From: the human T2T-CHM13v2.0 reference genome, Homo sapiens
Length of the DNA: 64,000 nucleotides
Direction: 5' to 3' (one strand)
Assembly (NCBI RefSeq): GCF_009914755.1
Contig: NC_060932.1
Below the pieces are notes generated by a model. The model was not told the DNA's origin. It worked only from the letters and a program-made list of their open reading frames with translations, and did no database searches. Within the stretch, counting starts at the first letter, position 1. Each line of letters begins with the position of its first letter. This document shows, piece by piece, positions 61,591 to 64,000 of the stretch. Made by a program: the position numbers and the translations under genes.

Positions 61591-64000
61591 AACTTCAGTT
61601 ATGTCTTAAGACTAGCCTGCTCACTGGTAGGTGGTTAGGTTTAGATATGTACATTTAGGAGGTAATAATAAAAGTAGCTGCTCCTATTGTACATACAATC
61701 ACTGAATGAATGTATATAGAGATAAGGAAATAGATAAGAGAGGGTTAAATACCCCGTCTTGGATTAAGAATAAGAGGAAAATGTGAAACCCACTAAGGAG
61801 ATGAGAAAGGAAAAAAATCAGCAGAAAGAAGACTACTGTTGGTTTATGTTTAATGGTCTAACTTTTTTTTTTTTTTTTTTTTTTACTTCTAAGGAAGAAT
61901 AGTTGTCAAAATGAGGGAAACTCTAAAGATAAAGACACACTCAGACTGATTTTCAAAGCTTCATTTTCCCAAATGATACAGGGGTCAAATTTTCATAATA
62001 TCTACTCAGACAACAACAATAACAAATAAACAAAAACTGTTTTGTCTTTGAGCATGAAAAAACGTAAAAATGTTCCTACTATCCCCTAAGTTTCTTGAAG
62101 GCAGGAATTGTATCTCCTTAATGTCTTTGTTTCCTAAATGCCTGGTACATGTGAATTGAATTTACGCCTTCATGGAAAGAAGCAATAACCTCCACTTACA
62201 GGTTGGCATTCAGGGGCATAGTTCAGGTTGCGTCAACATCATAACTGGGTCAAAGTTAAGAATACAGTTTTCATCTCATGTGTGTTTTTAAATCAAAAGT
62301 GAAAACTAAAGAGAATAATGACAATCTTTCTTCTATTTTATTTTTCTAATGACTTATATTTTAACTGCTATTTAATGGATATGATATTAATGAAAACATT
62401 CTGATTATCCTTAATAATGTACATTTTTAAAGGTCAGTAATGGTCTTTATCTCAGGCAATAAAGATTATGAAACAAACTACTGTAATTATATTCAAACTA
62501 GAATATGAAATGTTAGGCATTTTACAATTTTTCCCACTATTTTTTATTTGCTTACAGTGACTACATTCATTCAACAAATGTCTGTCTATCTAGCTATTTC
62601 ACCCTTCAGGCAGAGTGGGATTATATAAAGGAAGGTAATTCCTATTCCGTAGTAGGAAGGAACTCTCTACTAGCTAGGTAAATAACACTTATATAAAATT
62701 TAATAGAATGTTAGCTAAATAATAACACCAAATGTATCTCAGCAGTATATGACTGCATTCTTAGTCAGTGTAATATTCATAAAGTGTCATGAGTTCTTAG
62801 GAAAGAAAATCACTGTGGCCTATCAAAATTATGAAGCCTAATGTACATGCAGAATTTTAAACTTGTGCCTAAATTCTTCTCATTATGTAGCAAAAACTGA
62901 TTTCTCTGTGCTATACAAATAAACCTACAAAATGTGATCAGGAAATCAATAAGAGAATGTAAAAAATAGTTCATTTATTGAGTGATAGGATTCTGGATCA
63001 TAAAAGATTTATTCTAGTCTTGATGTTATAAGTCTTGAGTTCATACTTGGCTTGTGTAGTAGTGTTTATAAATGACCTGTATAGTTTGACTTCATTTAGA
63101 AAAGACAAGTGAACTCTGCTATATCCTCATGTGAAACCCAGGAGCTAATCTGTATACATCTTCATTCTAGAAGTGTTCATTCATTTATGCATTTAGTCAT
63201 GTACACATTTATCCTTACTTATCCATTGATGTGATTCAGACCCAGATGATCTGGTGGCAGCATGGACAGGCACTTGTCTTCAGAATGCTAGCCACCTAGA
63301 AAAGCCCTCCAGGACTCTACTCAGAGTCCAAAAGAGTTGTTTTTCAAGTTACATAGTTGTGTCTTAAAGTAATTCACATACAAATGGAAAATCATACACC
63401 ATGGAATTACATATTAAATCATTTTTCCTTAGTTATATTTTATATTTTTTAGAGTGATCATAGTTTTCCATGAGAATTTGCCTAGTTGTGAGGCCTTGTA
63501 GATACTAATTAACTCATGCTGTATGATGATTCTGTATAAAGAAAGCTTAAATCAATACGTACGTTCTGAAGAAAAAAAAAATCTCTTTGCAGTACACAAA
63601 GAGAAAAAAACAAACCTAAAAAGAGTTCCTGAAAATGACTAGTAACTAAGTGGTTTGAAAGAGTTAATATTGTTTCCTACAGGCCTGATTAATAAAGACA
63701 TTACCTATCCCTATATTGAAAAAGTGGACATGGTTTCTAGTTCTGTTTCAGGTTGATTTATGTGGGGAGAGTGTGATGACATTTATGTACTAAATACTTA
63801 GTGCTTTTAATTCAGTTTACATTTAATCTATAAATGCAAACCATGTTAAAGGATGCTTGACAAAAATAAACTTGAAAGCCAGCATTAACCTTCCAAACCA
63901 GCTGAAGGTGCTTAAAAGACAATAAGGGTAAAATTTCATTATACAGACTTCAAGTGGGTTTTTAAAAAATCTATAGACTTTCCAACTAAAATGATGAATG

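Noticed and set aside
63930-64000. AAAATGATGAATG at the window end as a start codon of the host gene
   Set aside because: Truncated by the window edge, no convincing acceptor, and I cannot match it to a known protein start.

Overview
Primate (human or great-ape-like) genomic DNA, AT-rich and dense in Alu, L1, L2, MIR, MaLR and DNA-transposon remnants. No cellular protein-coding exon can be supported. The window appears to hold the 5' end of a + strand gene that I cannot name: a strong CTCF motif (5669), two CpG-rich blocks (~7.5-8.6 kb and ~10.6-11.7 kb), a GC-rich first exon ending at a perfect CAG|GTAAGT donor (11445/11446), a likely non-coding second exon (19942-20047), then long intronic sequence. 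The only long ORF belongs to a 5'-truncated L1PA2-like element (47501-52010). Its 1275-codon ORF2 is open except for one stop at codon 4, and it carries an apparent 3' transduction inside a 12-bp TSD. The most unusual signals are three short local templated insertions (one Alu-to-Alu, two into an old L1MA), a candidate recursive splice site, a tail-only retro-insertion and deeply nested repeats. I found no convincing new biological system. Repeat subfamily calls come from remembered consensus motifs, and old-repeat boundaries are approximate.
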